Assembly (NCBI GenBank): GCA_018823175.1
Contig: JAHJIY010000086.1
Span: 9,625 to 73,624, forward strand
Direction: 5' to 3'
DNA from: Pseudomonadota bacterium
GTDB lineage: Bacteria; Desulfobacterota; Desulfobulbia; Desulfobulbales; JAHJIY01
Length of the DNA stretch: 64,000 nt
The notes under the pieces were generated by a model that was given only the letters and a program-made list of their open reading frames with translations, searched no databases and was not told the DNA's origin. Shown here piece by piece: positions 29,824 to 39,698 of the stretch (positions are counted from its first letter, which is position 1; every line of letters starts with the position of its first letter). The translations under genes were made by a program, and so were the position numbers.

Positions 29824-30050
29824 TGGTCAATGGATCTAAATGCTTTCTCCCCCTTTTAATTCATGCAACAAGATAATAAGGTCTCAGTTTTTGAAAACTT
29901 CAACCGAACTATCCAATGTTTATCTGCCTGATGGCAGTCGGCCTCTTTCTGGTGAGGGCGGTAGATTTTTGATCTCCAGCTGGATAATTAAATCGGATGT
30001 TGTTTTTGATCTGCGGCACTCATTAACGCTCACGAGTTCGGGTAATCTTC

Positions 30051-31265
30051 ATGGGCGCCTTTGAATACAGCGCGGTTGATAAGGCCGGCCGACTTAAGAA
30101 AGGGGTGTTGGAGGGAGATACCCCACGGCAGGTCCGGCAGATTATCAGGGACCGAGGGTTGTCGCCGGTTTCGGTTGAAGCGGTGGCTGAACAGGGGCAA
30201 AGCGGTGCCGTCCCTTTTTTTGGGCGAAGAAGTATCAGCAGTACCGATCTGGCCCTGATTACCCGGCAGCTCGCCACCCTGGTCCGGTCTGGTACTGTTC
30301 TGGAAGAGGCTCTGCGGGCGATTGCCGAACAGGCGGAAAAGGCCAGGATTATCGGCATCGTCACGGCGGTTCGTTCCAAGGTGGTGGAAGGACATCCGCT
30401 GGCCAACGCTTTGGCCGATTTTCCATCGGTATTCTCAAATTTATATCGGGCGACGGTCGGCGCCGGTGAGCAGACGGGCAAGCTTGATCTGGTGCTCGAA
30501 CGGCTGGCCGACCATACCGAATTTAATCAGCAGCTTCGGCAAAAGGTGATGCTGAGCCTTCTCTATCCAACCCTGTTGACCATTGTTGCTATTCTGGTGG
30601 TCTCCGCTCTGTTGACTTATGTGGTGCCGCAGGTGGTTTCGGTTTTTCGTAATATCAATCAGGAATTGCCGTTGTTGACCAAGGTCTTGATCGCCAGCAG
30701 TTCTTTTCTGCGCAGCAACGGTATTTTGATTCTGATCTTACTGGTTGGTTCTTTTGTCTTGTTTCGCTTCCTGATGCGAGGCGAGGGGTTTCGCCTGAAA
30801 TTCCATCATTTATTGCTCCGGCTTCCTCTGGTCTCGAGGTTCACCCGGTCAATCAATACGGCCCGTTTTGCCAGGACTTTCAGCATCTTGACCGCCAGCG
30901 GCGTACCGGTCCTGGAAGGGATGAATATCTCGGCCAAGGTCTTGGATAATCTGGCCATGCGTTATGCGGTTGAAGAGGCCTCCCGCCGGGTTCGGGAGGG
31001 GAGCACCGTCCATCGGACCCTGGCCAAGAGCGGCTATTTTTCCCCGATCATGATCCACCTTATTGCCAGCGGTGAGGCCAGCGCCAATCTTGATGAGATG
31101 CTGGAGCGGGCTGCTATTAATCAGGAACGTGATGTCGAAACCCTGATCGCCGCGGCCATGGGTATTTTTGAACCGCTGCTTATTCTGGTCATGGGTGGCG
31201 TGGTTTTGTTGATTGTTTTGGCGATTTTGTTGCCGATCTTTGATCTGAATCAACTGGTGAAGTGA
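30051..31265 (+). CDS. gspF: Type II secretion system inner-membrane platform protein GspF
   Basis: 404 aa. Duplicated T2SSF domains, three TM segments, and an MGAFEYSAVDKAGR start typical of GspF. Confidence 0.95.
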   Translation: MGAFEYSAVDKAGRLKKGVLEGDTPRQVRQIIRDRGLSPVSVEAVAEQGQSGAVPFFGRRSISSTDLALITRQLATLVRSGTVLEEALRAIAEQAEKARIIGIVTAVRSKVVEGHPLANALADFPSVFSNLYRATVGAGEQTGKLDLVLERLADHTEFNQQLRQKVMLSLLYPTLLTIVAILVVSALLTYVVPQVVSVFRNINQELPLLTKVLIASSSFLRSNGILILILLVGSFVLFRFLMRGEGFRLKFHHLLLRLPLVSRFTRSINTARFARTFSILTASGVPVLEGMNISAKVLDNLAMRYAVEEASRRVREGSTVHRTLAKSGYFSPIMIHLIASGEASANLDEMLERAAINQERDVETLIAAAMGIFEPLLILVMGGVVLLIVLAILLPIFDLNQLVK

Positions 31266-31648
31266 TGCATTCGGGCTTGTCTGATCGCCGGGGGTTTACC
31301 CTGTTGGAGATTCTGGTCGCCCTGGCGGTCCTTAGTCTGGTGGTGGTGGCGGTGTTGAAGAACAATAACGCCATGATCGACAACAGCATATATTTGCGCG
31401 ATAAAACCCTGGCCGGTTTTGTGGCCTCAAACAAGGCGGCTGATCTGGAGCTGGCCAATCTCTGGGTCAAGACCGGCACCGAGCAGGGGGAGGTCGTGCT
31501 GGCCGACCGGCGGTGGTTCTGGACGGTGGTCGGCAAGGAAACGCCTGATCCAGATATGCGGATCGCCGAAATCGAAGTAAGAAGCGAAAATGAAGAGGAG
31601 ACAGCCCTGGCCTCTTTGGTTATTTATCTTGGTCGTCCTCCTTTTTAA
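31262..31648 (+). CDS. gspI: Type II secretion minor pseudopilin GspI
   Basis: 128 aa. Prepilin leader plus GFTLLEILVALAVLSL. Size and position fit GspI. Overlaps the gspF stop codon. Confidence 0.8.
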   Translation: MMHSGLSDRRGFTLLEILVALAVLSLVVVAVLKNNNAMIDNSIYLRDKTLAGFVASNKAADLELANLWVKTGTEQGEVVLADRRWFWTVVGKETPDPDMRIAEIEVRSENEEETALASLVIYLGRPPF

Positions 31649-32300
31649 TGTGCAAGGTAATGGTTTGACTGATAATTATAACGGTTTGGCCGGCAAAGGT
31701 TTTACCCTGTTGGAATTACTTGTCGCCATGTCGATTTTCTCAGTAATGTCGGTTATGGCCTATAGCGGTCTGGCGACGATGATCGTAAGCCGGGAACATA
31801 TGATGGGGGAGGCGGAAAAACTTCAGGCGATCCAGCGGGTCTTTACCCTCATTTCCTATGATTTCAGGCAGGTTCTGGATCGGCCGGTCCGCGATGAGTT
31901 CGGTCAGGATTTAGGCGCCATGCTGGGCACCTTTGATCTGGAAATTGCCGCCGTCGAATTTACCCGAAGTGGCTGGCGTAATCCAACCGGCGCCAAACGC
32001 AGCAGCATGCAGAGGGTTGCTTACGAGCTTGAGAACGATAAGCTGATCAGAAAAAGCTGGCCGGTTTTGGATCGGGCCTATGATAGTAAACCATTTTCAA
32101 CCGTACTACTGTCCGGCGTCGAAAGGTTGGAGATCCGATATTTCAATGCCTATGATCAGGTGACCAACGTCTGGCCGCCGGCTAGCGGCTCGTTAGCTGG
32201 TTCCTTTGGGTCGCTTGCTTTGCCCAAGGCCGTGGAAATTGCGGTTGACCTGAAAGATTGGGGTCGGATTAATCGGCTATTTGTTCTGGTCAACGGATAA
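31590..32300 (+). CDS. gspJ: Type II secretion minor pseudopilin GspJ
   Basis: GFTLLELLVAMSIFSVMSVMAYSGL prepilin N-terminus. The true start is probably the in-frame GTG at 31650, just after the gspI stop, rather than ATG 31590. Confidence 0.8.
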   Translation: MKRRQPWPLWLFILVVLLFNVQGNGLTDNYNGLAGKGFTLLELLVAMSIFSVMSVMAYSGLATMIVSREHMMGEAEKLQAIQRVFTLISYDFRQVLDRPVRDEFGQDLGAMLGTFDLEIAAVEFTRSGWRNPTGAKRSSMQRVAYELENDKLIRKSWPVLDRAYDSKPFSTVLLSGVERLEIRYFNAYDQVTNVWPPASGSLAGSFGSLALPKAVEIAVDLKDWGRINRLFVLVNG

Positions 32301-32329
32301 TTGATTTGTCATATTTGTTGCGGAAAAAC

Positions 32330-33271
32330 ATGCTTGTTTATTTGAATAATCAAAAAGGGGTGGCGCTGGTTACCGTTTTGCTGATCGCCGGGATTGTTTC
32401 GGTAATGGCCCTCAGCATGACCTCAAGTCAGCAGATTGATATCAGGCGGACCGCCAACATTATTGAGTCGGAAAGGGCTCTCTGGCTCGTTAAAGGGGTG
32501 GAGACCTGGGGTGTGTGTCTACTGATGCGTGACAATGTGAGTGGCGGTAACGATAATCTGGGAGAAGACTGGGCCCAGGGCATGTTGCCGACCGGGATTG
32601 ACGGGGCTTTTGTCTCGGGTGAACTTGAAGATCTCCAGGGTCGGATAAATATTAATAATCTGGTGTCGGTACTCACCGTAGGCCAGGCCACCCTTAAAGG
32701 CGAGACCTGGAGCCAGCTGACCAGATTGTTTGAGAGGTGCGAGATTGATCCTGCCGCTCTTTATAAAGTGCTTGACTGGATTGATCCGGATGTCGATGCT
32801 CAGGGCTACGGTGCGGAGGATGAATATTATCTTGTTCAGGAGACCCCATACCGGGCGGCAAATCGGTTGATGGTCAGTCCCACCGAGCTCAGGGCAGTCG
32901 GGGACATTAGTGAAGAGGGTTATCAGTGTCTGGCCCCCAATATTTCGACCTTGCCCTACGATACATATATTAATGTCAATACGGTGCCGCCCGGGGTTAT
33001 TGCGGCCCTGGGTGATGACATTAGCCTGGCAGTTGCCGAGGAAGTTGTCGACGAGCGGCCGATCGACGGTTTTGCCTCTATTGCCGAGTTTCGGAATCTG
33101 CCGCAGTTCGCTGGAAAGGATATGGACATCGTGTTTCTGACCGATAGAAGTGAATATTTTCTGGCGACCTCCAGGGCCAGAGTTGGTCGGCAGGATATCG
33201 TCATGTATAGTCTGGTCGCTAAAAAATCCGATAAAGTCTCTGTTTTAAGCCGAAGTATTGGGGTATATTGA
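32330..33271 (+). CDS. gspK: Type II secretion minor pseudopilin GspK
   Basis: N-terminus QKGVALVTVLLIAGIV (GspK lacks the conserved Glu5) and a C-terminal helix-hairpin-helix-like region. The ORF track starts at TTG 32306; ATG 32330 is preferred. Confidence 0.8.
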   Translation: MLVYLNNQKGVALVTVLLIAGIVSVMALSMTSSQQIDIRRTANIIESERALWLVKGVETWGVCLLMRDNVSGGNDNLGEDWAQGMLPTGIDGAFVSGELEDLQGRININNLVSVLTVGQATLKGETWSQLTRLFERCEIDPAALYKVLDWIDPDVDAQGYGAEDEYYLVQETPYRAANRLMVSPTELRAVGDISEEGYQCLAPNISTLPYDTYINVNTVPPGVIAALGDDISLAVAEEVVDERPIDGFASIAEFRNLPQFAGKDMDIVFLTDRSEYFLATSRARVGRQDIVMYSLVAKKSDKVSVLSRSIGVY

Positions 33272-33326
33272 ACCGATATTTCAGGGCAAATCATTTTGAA
33301 AATTAGGTTATGAGCTGATTGATCAT

Positions 33327-34568
33327 ATGAATGAATTAATTATCTGCATAGGGGCGGAGGCCCCGGAAAAGGTCTGTTGGGCGGAGCGTGATGCCACAGG
33401 ATCCTTGTCCGTGGTTTGCGGCTCATTGCGTGAGGCGTCGGGCCGGATAGTGAAACGGACCGTGGTTCTGGTTCCCGGCTCTGAGGTTTTGCTTACTCGC
33501 GCCACCCTGCCGACCGGCAGCAAGAAACTGGCTTTAAAGGCTATTCCTTATGCCATTGAGGACAATCTGGCTTCCGATGTTGAAGGTCAACATTTTGCCT
33601 TTGGTCGAAAAAATTCCGACCAGACTTTAGCCGTGGCGGTGGTTGATAATCTCCGAATGGAGGCGTGGCTTTCCATGTTGCGCGAAGTAGGGATCGAGCC
33701 TGATATTATTTGTCCCGCTACCCTGGCTGTGCCGATTAATGATCAGGGGATTGCGGTGCTGATTGAAGGGGGCGATGCCTTGGTCCGGCTCGACAGTCAG
33801 CAGGGTTACGGGATTGATCAGGATAATTTGCCGATGATCCTCAATGCTGATTCTGACAAGGCGGCCGAGGGTGCGGCGCTTAAGGTCAGGATCTATAATT
33901 GTTCCGGCGAGCAACTGCCGGCCTTTGGTCCGGCTATTGAGCTTGATGAGGTGGCCGCCGGCAAGGGACGACTGGCGATGTTGTCATCGGCTGGCCAGGC
34001 CGCCTGGCATCTGGCATCCGGCTTTGATGAGAAGAAGGCGATCAATCTTCTGCAGGGTACGTACAGTCGTAATGCCGAGTGGGGAAAAGCCTGGCAGAAA
34101 TGGCAATTGCCGATCATGCTGCTCGCCGTTTTAATGGTATTGCATATCTCCAGCCAGATTTCGGATTTTTATCGATTGCGGGCCGAGAGTTTAAACTTGG
34201 ACTCCGCGATTGTCAATGTTTACAAGACAACTTTTCCCAAGGCCAAAAAAGTGGTTAAACCACGGGTCCAGATGGAACAAAAGCTTAAACTCCTCCAGGG
34301 TGGCGGTGATGCAGGCGGCTCTGGATTTCTTGAATTATTTGATAAGACCGGGCAGATTTTAATCCAAGGTAAAGGGGTTAAACTTTTGAACCTGCGTTTT
34401 CAGGAGGAAGTTATTGAGCTTGAATTTGAGACGACTGACCTGCAGGCCCTTGATGAATTAAAGGGGGCGTTAGTCAAACAGCCGGGAGTTGAGGTGGAAA
34501 TTAAAAACGCTTCAGCGGTAAATGACCATGTTCTGGCCCGGATGCGGATTAAGGCGGTGGCCCAATGA
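33327..34568 (+). CDS. gspL: Type II secretion system protein L
   Basis: 413 aa. Cytoplasmic actin-like domain, a single TM helix (WQLPIMLLAVLMVLHI) and a periplasmic domain. Position between gspK and gspM. Confidence 0.8.
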   Translation: MNELIICIGAEAPEKVCWAERDATGSLSVVCGSLREASGRIVKRTVVLVPGSEVLLTRATLPTGSKKLALKAIPYAIEDNLASDVEGQHFAFGRKNSDQTLAVAVVDNLRMEAWLSMLREVGIEPDIICPATLAVPINDQGIAVLIEGGDALVRLDSQQGYGIDQDNLPMILNADSDKAAEGAALKVRIYNCSGEQLPAFGPAIELDEVAAGKGRLAMLSSAGQAAWHLASGFDEKKAINLLQGTYSRNAEWGKAWQKWQLPIMLLAVLMVLHISSQISDFYRLRAESLNLDSAIVNVYKTTFPKAKKVVKPRVQMEQKLKLLQGGGDAGGSGFLELFDKTGQILIQGKGVKLLNLRFQEEVIELEFETTDLQALDELKGALVKQPGVEVEIKNASAVNDHVLARMRIKAVAQ

Positions 34569-35047
34569 TGGCTTTCTGGGAAAAATGGAGTAATCGTGAA
34601 CGATTGATGGTTGTTGGCTGCAGTTTATTCATCCTCCTTGCCGTGGCTTATCTGCTGGTCCTTGAACCTTTTTACAGTGGCCTTGACGAGTATCGGCGAC
34701 AGGTTCCCGGACAAAGGGCCGAACTTGCCTGGATGCAATCGGCCTCGCTTCGGATCAAGGAACTCGGTGGGCCGGCGGCGGATATCGTCGGACAGAACGC
34801 CTCTCCGCTGGCGGCGGTCGATCGGGCGGCCAGGAAAATGAAGATTGATTCTGCGATTAAACGGGTTGAACCGGGGGATAATGAGACGGTGAAGGTCTGG
34901 TTTGATGAGGTCCTTTTTGATGATCTTATTGCGTGGTGCCGGGTGTTAAGTGTGGAGTATGGCATCAAGATTGTAAGTTTTTCGGCTGATCGGCAGCAGG
35001 CGCCCGGTTATGTCAGCGCCCGGGTCGTTTTTGGTGGCCGGACCTGA
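34565..35047 (+). CDS. gspM: Type II secretion system protein M
   Basis: 160 aa. One N-terminal TM helix and a ferredoxin-like periplasmic domain. ATGA overlap with gspL. Confidence 0.8.
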   Translation: MMAFWEKWSNRERLMVVGCSLFILLAVAYLLVLEPFYSGLDEYRRQVPGQRAELAWMQSASLRIKELGGPAADIVGQNASPLAAVDRAARKMKIDSAIKRVEPGDNETVKVWFDEVLFDDLIAWCRVLSVEYGIKIVSFSADRQQAPGYVSARVVFGGRT

Positions 35048-35051
35048 TAAT

Positions 35052-35822
35052 ATGAAAAAATTCTCCAAGAGATATATTGTTTTTGGCTTTACCGCCTATC
35101 TGTTTTTCCTGGCCTTGTCTTTTCCCGCAGACCGGGCCTGGTCGATTGCCGAAAAACGGCTTGGTCCGTCGTCTGCTTTGCCGCAAGTTTCCGGAATCAG
35201 CGGGGTCTGGTGGTCTGGTCGGGTTGATGAAGTCAGGTTTAATGCGATAGAGCTGCGGAATCTGCGCTGGACATTTCGCCCATTAGCTCTGGTCCGGGGT
35301 ATGGTTAAGGCGGTGGTTGCTTTTGAACCGCCGGGCGGCAACTTTGCCGGGGTTATCGCGGTCGGACGTAAAACTATTGAACTGACTAAAGTAAAAGCCA
35401 AAGTTCCTTTCGATCAGCTTAACGATATCTTGACCGTTTTTGGGGTGCAGGTAGGCGGGTTTCTGGTTGCTGATCTGCAAAAGATAATCCTGGTAGACAA
35501 ATCGCTTCTTCTGGCAGACGGTTTGCTGGTCTGGCAGGATGCGTTGGTGGAACGGCCGCAAAAACTAATTTTAGGTGAGTTGAAGGCCGCTCTGTCAACG
35601 GAAAAGGAAGGGGTGCGAGCCGTAATTTCGGACAGCGGCGGGCCTTTGGTGGCGGAGGGCATTTCCACCCTGGATTCTGCCGGCCTATATAGTCTGGCGG
35701 TTAAACTCGCCTCACGGGACTCGGCGCAGCCGGATTTGGCCGATGCCATAAAGTTGCTGGGTACACCTGGTGGTGACGGCAAGGTCTCTTTATCTTATAA
35801 CGGCAAACTGCCGGAATTTTGA
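35052..35822 (+). CDS. gspN: Type II secretion system protein N
   Basis: About 256 aa. N-terminal TM helix and GspN-like length and position. ATG 35052 lies 5 nt after the gspM stop; the ORF track starts at 35010. Confidence 0.7.
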   Translation: MKKFSKRYIVFGFTAYLFFLALSFPADRAWSIAEKRLGPSSALPQVSGISGVWWSGRVDEVRFNAIELRNLRWTFRPLALVRGMVKAVVAFEPPGGNFAGVIAVGRKTIELTKVKAKVPFDQLNDILTVFGVQVGGFLVADLQKIILVDKSLLLADGLLVWQDALVERPQKLILGELKAALSTEKEGVRAVISDSGGPLVAEGISTLDSAGLYSLAVKLASRDSAQPDLADAIKLLGTPGGDGKVSLSYNGKLPEF

Positions 35823-35963
35823 TCGCCATGTCCTAAGGGGTGAGCAAACCAAGATCCGGTAAAAAGCATGGGTGATTTTCATAGTCAAAACCTTGGGCCT
35901 TTTTTGCGGCTCGTGTTTGTAATGATTTTTTTTGTATCGTATCAGTTAATAAGGAAAACAATA

Positions 35964-36428
35964 ATGGACAGAAAGATAATAACGGCAGGAACGGTTCGTG
36001 TTCTTGGTCAAAAAGGTTTTACCCTGATTGAGATTATGGTGGTGGTCGTAATTTTAAGTATCCTGGCTGCGATCATTGTGCCGCGCATCATGGATCGGCC
36101 GGATCAGGCCCGGGTGGTCAAGGCCCGGCAGGACATCAGGGCCCTGGAAAGCGCTCTGAAACTTTACAAGCTTGATAATTATGTATATCCCACCACCGAC
36201 CAGGGGTTGGAGGCCCTTTCGGTCAAACCAACCGATGAGCCTGAACCGAAAAAATGGAAAGATGGCGGCTATATTGATCGTCTGCCGAAAGATCCATGGG
36301 GTGGCGATTATCAATATCTGAGTCCGGGTGAGAACGGACCTATTGATATTTATTCACTCGGTGGCGATAATCAGCCCGGCGGTGAGGGGATTAATGCCGA
36401 TATCGGTAACTGGGACCTTGAAGAATAA
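35964..36428 (+). CDS. gspG: Type II secretion major pseudopilin GspG
   Basis: [55 protein letters not shown]... is a classic GspG sequence. ATG 35964 follows an AAGGAAAA SD; the ORF track starts at 35868. Confidence 0.9.
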   Translation: MDRKIITAGTVRVLGQKGFTLIEIMVVVVILSILAAIIVPRIMDRPDQARVVKARQDIRALESALKLYKLDNYVYPTTDQGLEALSVKPTDEPEPKKWKDGGYIDRLPKDPWGGDYQYLSPGENGPIDIYSLGGDNQPGGEGINADIGNWDLEE

Positions 36429-36960
36429 GAAAGCAGGCCTTACTCAACAGGGCTTTACCCTGCTTGAATTAATTGTTGTTGTGTTGCTTATCGGGATCAT
36501 TACCAGCTTTGTCACTTTGTCCATCGGGTCGCGTAGTGATAAAATCGATACGGAAGCCCGCCGCCTGGTCGCCTTGCTCAACCTGGCCGGGGATGAGGCA
36601 GTGATGAGCGCCCGGGAATATGCCGCTGATTTTACGCCGACCACTTATCGGTTTATGGAATACGGTCGTGATGGCTGGCAGGACCTTGGAGAAAACGGTG
36701 ATGATGTCCTCCGCTCCCGCTCTCTGGCCGAAGGCATAAGTTTTAAGCTGGAGATCGCCGGAGAACCGGTGGATTTTGAGCGCTCTGCCCTGGTCGAGGA
36801 AAGAAAAGATCCGGTCGGTATCTTCCTTTTTTCCAGCGGCGAAGTCTCCCCTTTTGAAATTACCATCACCGATTCCTATTCCGGAGTGAGCCGAGTCGTT
36901 TCCAATCTGATCGATGGGCGGGCCAGGCTCGCTGATCCCGGTTTGTCCGTCAAAGATTAA
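36394..36960 (+). CDS. gspH: Type II secretion minor pseudopilin GspH
   Basis: [22 protein letters not shown] prepilin N-terminus, about 185 aa. Start at ATG 36394 or TTG 36418; the ORF track starts at 36328 inside gspG. Confidence 0.75.
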   Translation: MPISVTGTLKNKKAGLTQQGFTLLELIVVVLLIGIITSFVTLSIGSRSDKIDTEARRLVALLNLAGDEAVMSAREYAADFTPTTYRFMEYGRDGWQDLGENGDDVLRSRSLAEGISFKLEIAGEPVDFERSALVEERKDPVGIFLFSSGEVSPFEITITDSYSGVSRVVSNLIDGRARLADPGLSVKD

Positions 36961-37324
36961 GCCTTCCCCAAAATAGATATCTTTTTGTCCTAAAATTCTA
37001 ATGGTTATTTTTTGATCGGCACCTTGGGTGACGGGAAAAATGAAGTAGATATTGACCTTAAATATTTAGTTAGTTTAGGATTGATTATTAAAATTTTGGT
37101 GGGCAAAAAAAAACTGTTTTTTTTTTGATTGTTGTAATATCATAAAAAAATGAATATCTGTTCAGCATGATGAGACCTAACAAGACTTGAATTGGAGTTT
37201 GGGCTGTAATAAGCATGAAATAAAGTTATTTACCTCTTGCTTCAAACAACCCAAAATGAGTATATTAAATGTTGTCCATTGTGGATAACATGAGCGCTTA
37301 ACAACAATAAAGGGAGAAGGGTCT

Positions 37325-39445
37325 ATGCAAAAGTTCAAGATTGGATTGCTGATTGTCCTTATGGCAATGGGGTCTGGCCTGTATGGCTGTAGCGGTGATG
37401 ACGGGACTAACGGCGTCAATGGCGTTGATGGTGTCGATGGTTCCGATGGGACGGCAACACACACAGAGGAAAGCTGTACGGTATGTCATGGCGATAATCG
37501 GCTTTTGGATACAGCTGCCCTGCATACCGCAAACGCTACGGCCCTGGCAAACGATGATCTGGTTGGCACGGTCACGGGCATTACCGACGATGGTACTGGC
37601 CTTCTGACAATCGCCTTCTCCGTGGTCGACCAAGACGGTGCAGCAGTTACTGGCATTGCTCAGGGTCGCGCCTATCTGGCCGACATCGTCCCGGCCGGCG
37701 TTGGTACCAACACTTTTGGCTCCTCCTATTTGGAGCGTTGGGCCTACGAAACTAGTACAGGCACCTGGACAGATTTAGGTGCTGGAAACTACACCTATAA
37801 GTTTACTACCGCTGCCGTCCTTGGGGCCGCCGGTTTTGATGCCACGGCCGTAGATTTCGATACGACTCACACTCAGCGTCTGGTCTTGCGTCTTGGCGCT
37901 GATGACCATAATAACGGTCTCATCGTTCAAGACTTCAACCTGACCGGTGCCGGTGCCCAGACTCTGCTTGCTCCTCAACGCGTACTCGCCCCCACCGACG
38001 GCTGCAAGAATTGTCATAGCAACCAGATGGTCGGTGCCGCTCATGCCGATAGCTACCTCGACGTTCGCGCCTGTAACGTTTGTCATAGCCCCATCGGTCA
38101 TTACGCTGCGTCTATGACCGAAGATGATGCCTACATCGGCCGCTTTATTCATGGTATCCATGCTGCGAAGTCTTCGACTGAGTTGCCTGGTTTTGCTGAA
38201 TTTGAAGAGGGTGGCGGCCATGCCCGTTTCCCTGATGCCGCTGGCGTAGACCAAGGTTATGCGGCTGTTACCTATCCCAAAGCGATCAATGACTGTGCTG
38301 CTTGCCATACCGGCAGCGAGAGCATGACTGACGGTTGGAAGAGCAACCCGACGATGGAGATTTGTACCTCATGCCATACCTCCAGCACCGTTAATATCGA
38401 CGGCACCTTTACCCACACCGCAGAGAACACTTCTGCCCCGAGCTCCACCAAAACCAACGCTCAATGTGCCGGTTGTCATGGTGCAACGGATATAGTGGGC
38501 TACCATGCGGTGACCACGCTCAAAGGTGATTCGGCAGTATCTATCACCCCGGTCTATACGGCGACCATTGCCATGACCCCCCCCGCCAACGGTACTCACT
38601 ATGTAGCAGGTGAAGCACCAGTGGTCACGGTTACTACAACTGCATCCGGTGCCTACGACAGTCTTGACAACACTACCGATTATACTGCGGCCACTCTCTA
38701 TGTTTATGGCCCAAGGGCTGAAGCGGTACCGGTCTTGACTCCTGGTTCAACTACTGATCCTGATTATATTTCCATGATTAGTGATGACACTGATCCTGAT
38801 TATGATCCGACCGCACTTCCGACTCAGGGTCATAACATGCGCGCCAGTGATGCTGCAAGCGACGCCAATGTCCTGACCGATGCCACCGGCTTTAAGTATC
38901 AACTTCAGGCAATTCCTGCTGATCTTGCGCCGGGCACCTACATGGCTCAGGTTGCAATTGGCCATACCAGTAGCAGGACCACCGGCAGCCGTAACTACAA
39001 GATTGACGGTTGGCAGATGGTAAGCTTCCAGGTAGGAACGGCTACGACAGAGCAGAGAATTGGTGGCGATAAATGCAGCAATTGCCACGATCTGACCGAC
39101 TGGACCAGCACCTATCATCGTGCTTACTTTGGTACCGACGGTTGTAATGCCTGTCATGACAAATCGGGTAACCACGCTAATCCGATCGCCAACCGGGTCC
39201 ATGCTATCCATGCCTCTAGCGAAGCTGGCGATGCGCTTGGCGCTGATTGGGCGGAAATCACCTTCCCACAAAGCGATGTTGCTGAAGGTGAGCCTGAAAG
39301 CACGCTCTGTCAGGGTTGTCATACTACGGACAATACCAGCTACCTGACTAACCCAGGCGGCTTCCCTTGTCTTGGTTGTCATGGTGATACGCCAAATGCC
39401 GTGGATCATATGATCCAAAATGGTGCTCCGCTTGCAGCACACTAA
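37325..39445 (+). CDS. Decahaem c-type cytochrome lipoprotein, MtrC/OmcA-like
   Basis: 706 aa. Lipobox LYGC (Cys22) followed by the Gly-X-Y linker GDDGTNGVNGVDGVDGSDG. Ten CXXCH motifs have their first Cys at residues 51, 227, 250, 324, 347, 381, 584, 607, 662 and 682. Two haem-free beta-rich segments (GNYTYKF, GTYMAQV) resemble the MtrC/OmcA domain plan. Strong SD AAGGGAGAAGGG. Confidence 0.85.
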   Translation: MQKFKIGLLIVLMAMGSGLYGCSGDDGTNGVNGVDGVDGSDGTATHTEESCTVCHGDNRLLDTAALHTANATALANDDLVGTVTGITDDGTGLLTIAFSVVDQDGAAVTGIAQGRAYLADIVPAGVGTNTFGSSYLERWAYETSTGTWTDLGAGNYTYKFTTAAVLGAAGFDATAVDFDTTHTQRLVLRLGADDHNNGLIVQDFNLTGAGAQTLLAPQRVLAPTDGCKNCHSNQMVGAAHADSYLDVRACNVCHSPIGHYAASMTEDDAYIGRFIHGIHAAKSSTELPGFAEFEEGGGHARFPDAAGVDQGYAAVTYPKAINDCAACHTGSESMTDGWKSNPTMEICTSCHTSSTVNIDGTFTHTAENTSAPSSTKTNAQCAGCHGATDIVGYHAVTTLKGDSAVSITPVYTATIAMTPPANGTHYVAGEAPVVTVTTTASGAYDSLDNTTDYTAATLYVYGPRAEAVPVLTPGSTTDPDYISMISDDTDPDYDPTALPTQGHNMRASDAASDANVLTDATGFKYQLQAIPADLAPGTYMAQVAIGHTSSRTTGSRNYKIDGWQMVSFQVGTATTEQRIGGDKCSNCHDLTDWTSTYHRAYFGTDGCNACHDKSGNHANPIANRVHAIHASSEAGDALGADWAEITFPQSDVAEGEPESTLCQGCHTTDNTSYLTNPGGFPCLGCHGDTPNAVDHMIQNGAPLAAH

Positions 39446-39488
39446 TTGAAAAGGATTAACTCCCATTTCAAGTAAAGTCTCAGTAAAA

Positions 39489-39521
39489 GGGGGCGGGCCG
39501 TAAGGTTCGCCCCCTTTTTTT
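39489..39521 (+). terminator. Rho-independent terminator after the decahaem cytochrome gene
   Basis: GGGGGCG - 12-nt loop - CGCCCCC followed by T7. Confidence 0.85.
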
Positions 39522-39698
39522 GCCCAGTATAAATGACCTGTAAATCTCGCCAATAATGTAGTCGTTTCACCTCTGTAAATTTCAATAAAGTTCTTGACCA
39601 CGAGCAACAAACCTAATCATATAGTAATTTGTCTAAATAATTTGAATGCAGCCCTTTAACTTTGTTGTTCAATCACCACCCGCAAAGGTCCATGTTCA

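Noticed and set aside
29840-30064. 74-aa ORF filling the gspE-gspF gap.
   Set aside because: It has no SD, no recognisable motif, a lower-GC non-coding-like composition, and it overlaps the well-supported gspF start. The gap is reported as an observation instead.
37105-37126. A9-CTG-T10 palindrome in the spacer between gspH and the decahaem gene.
   Set aside because: An all-A/T hairpin is too weak to call a terminator. It is probably just AT-rich spacer or a curvature element, with no further support.
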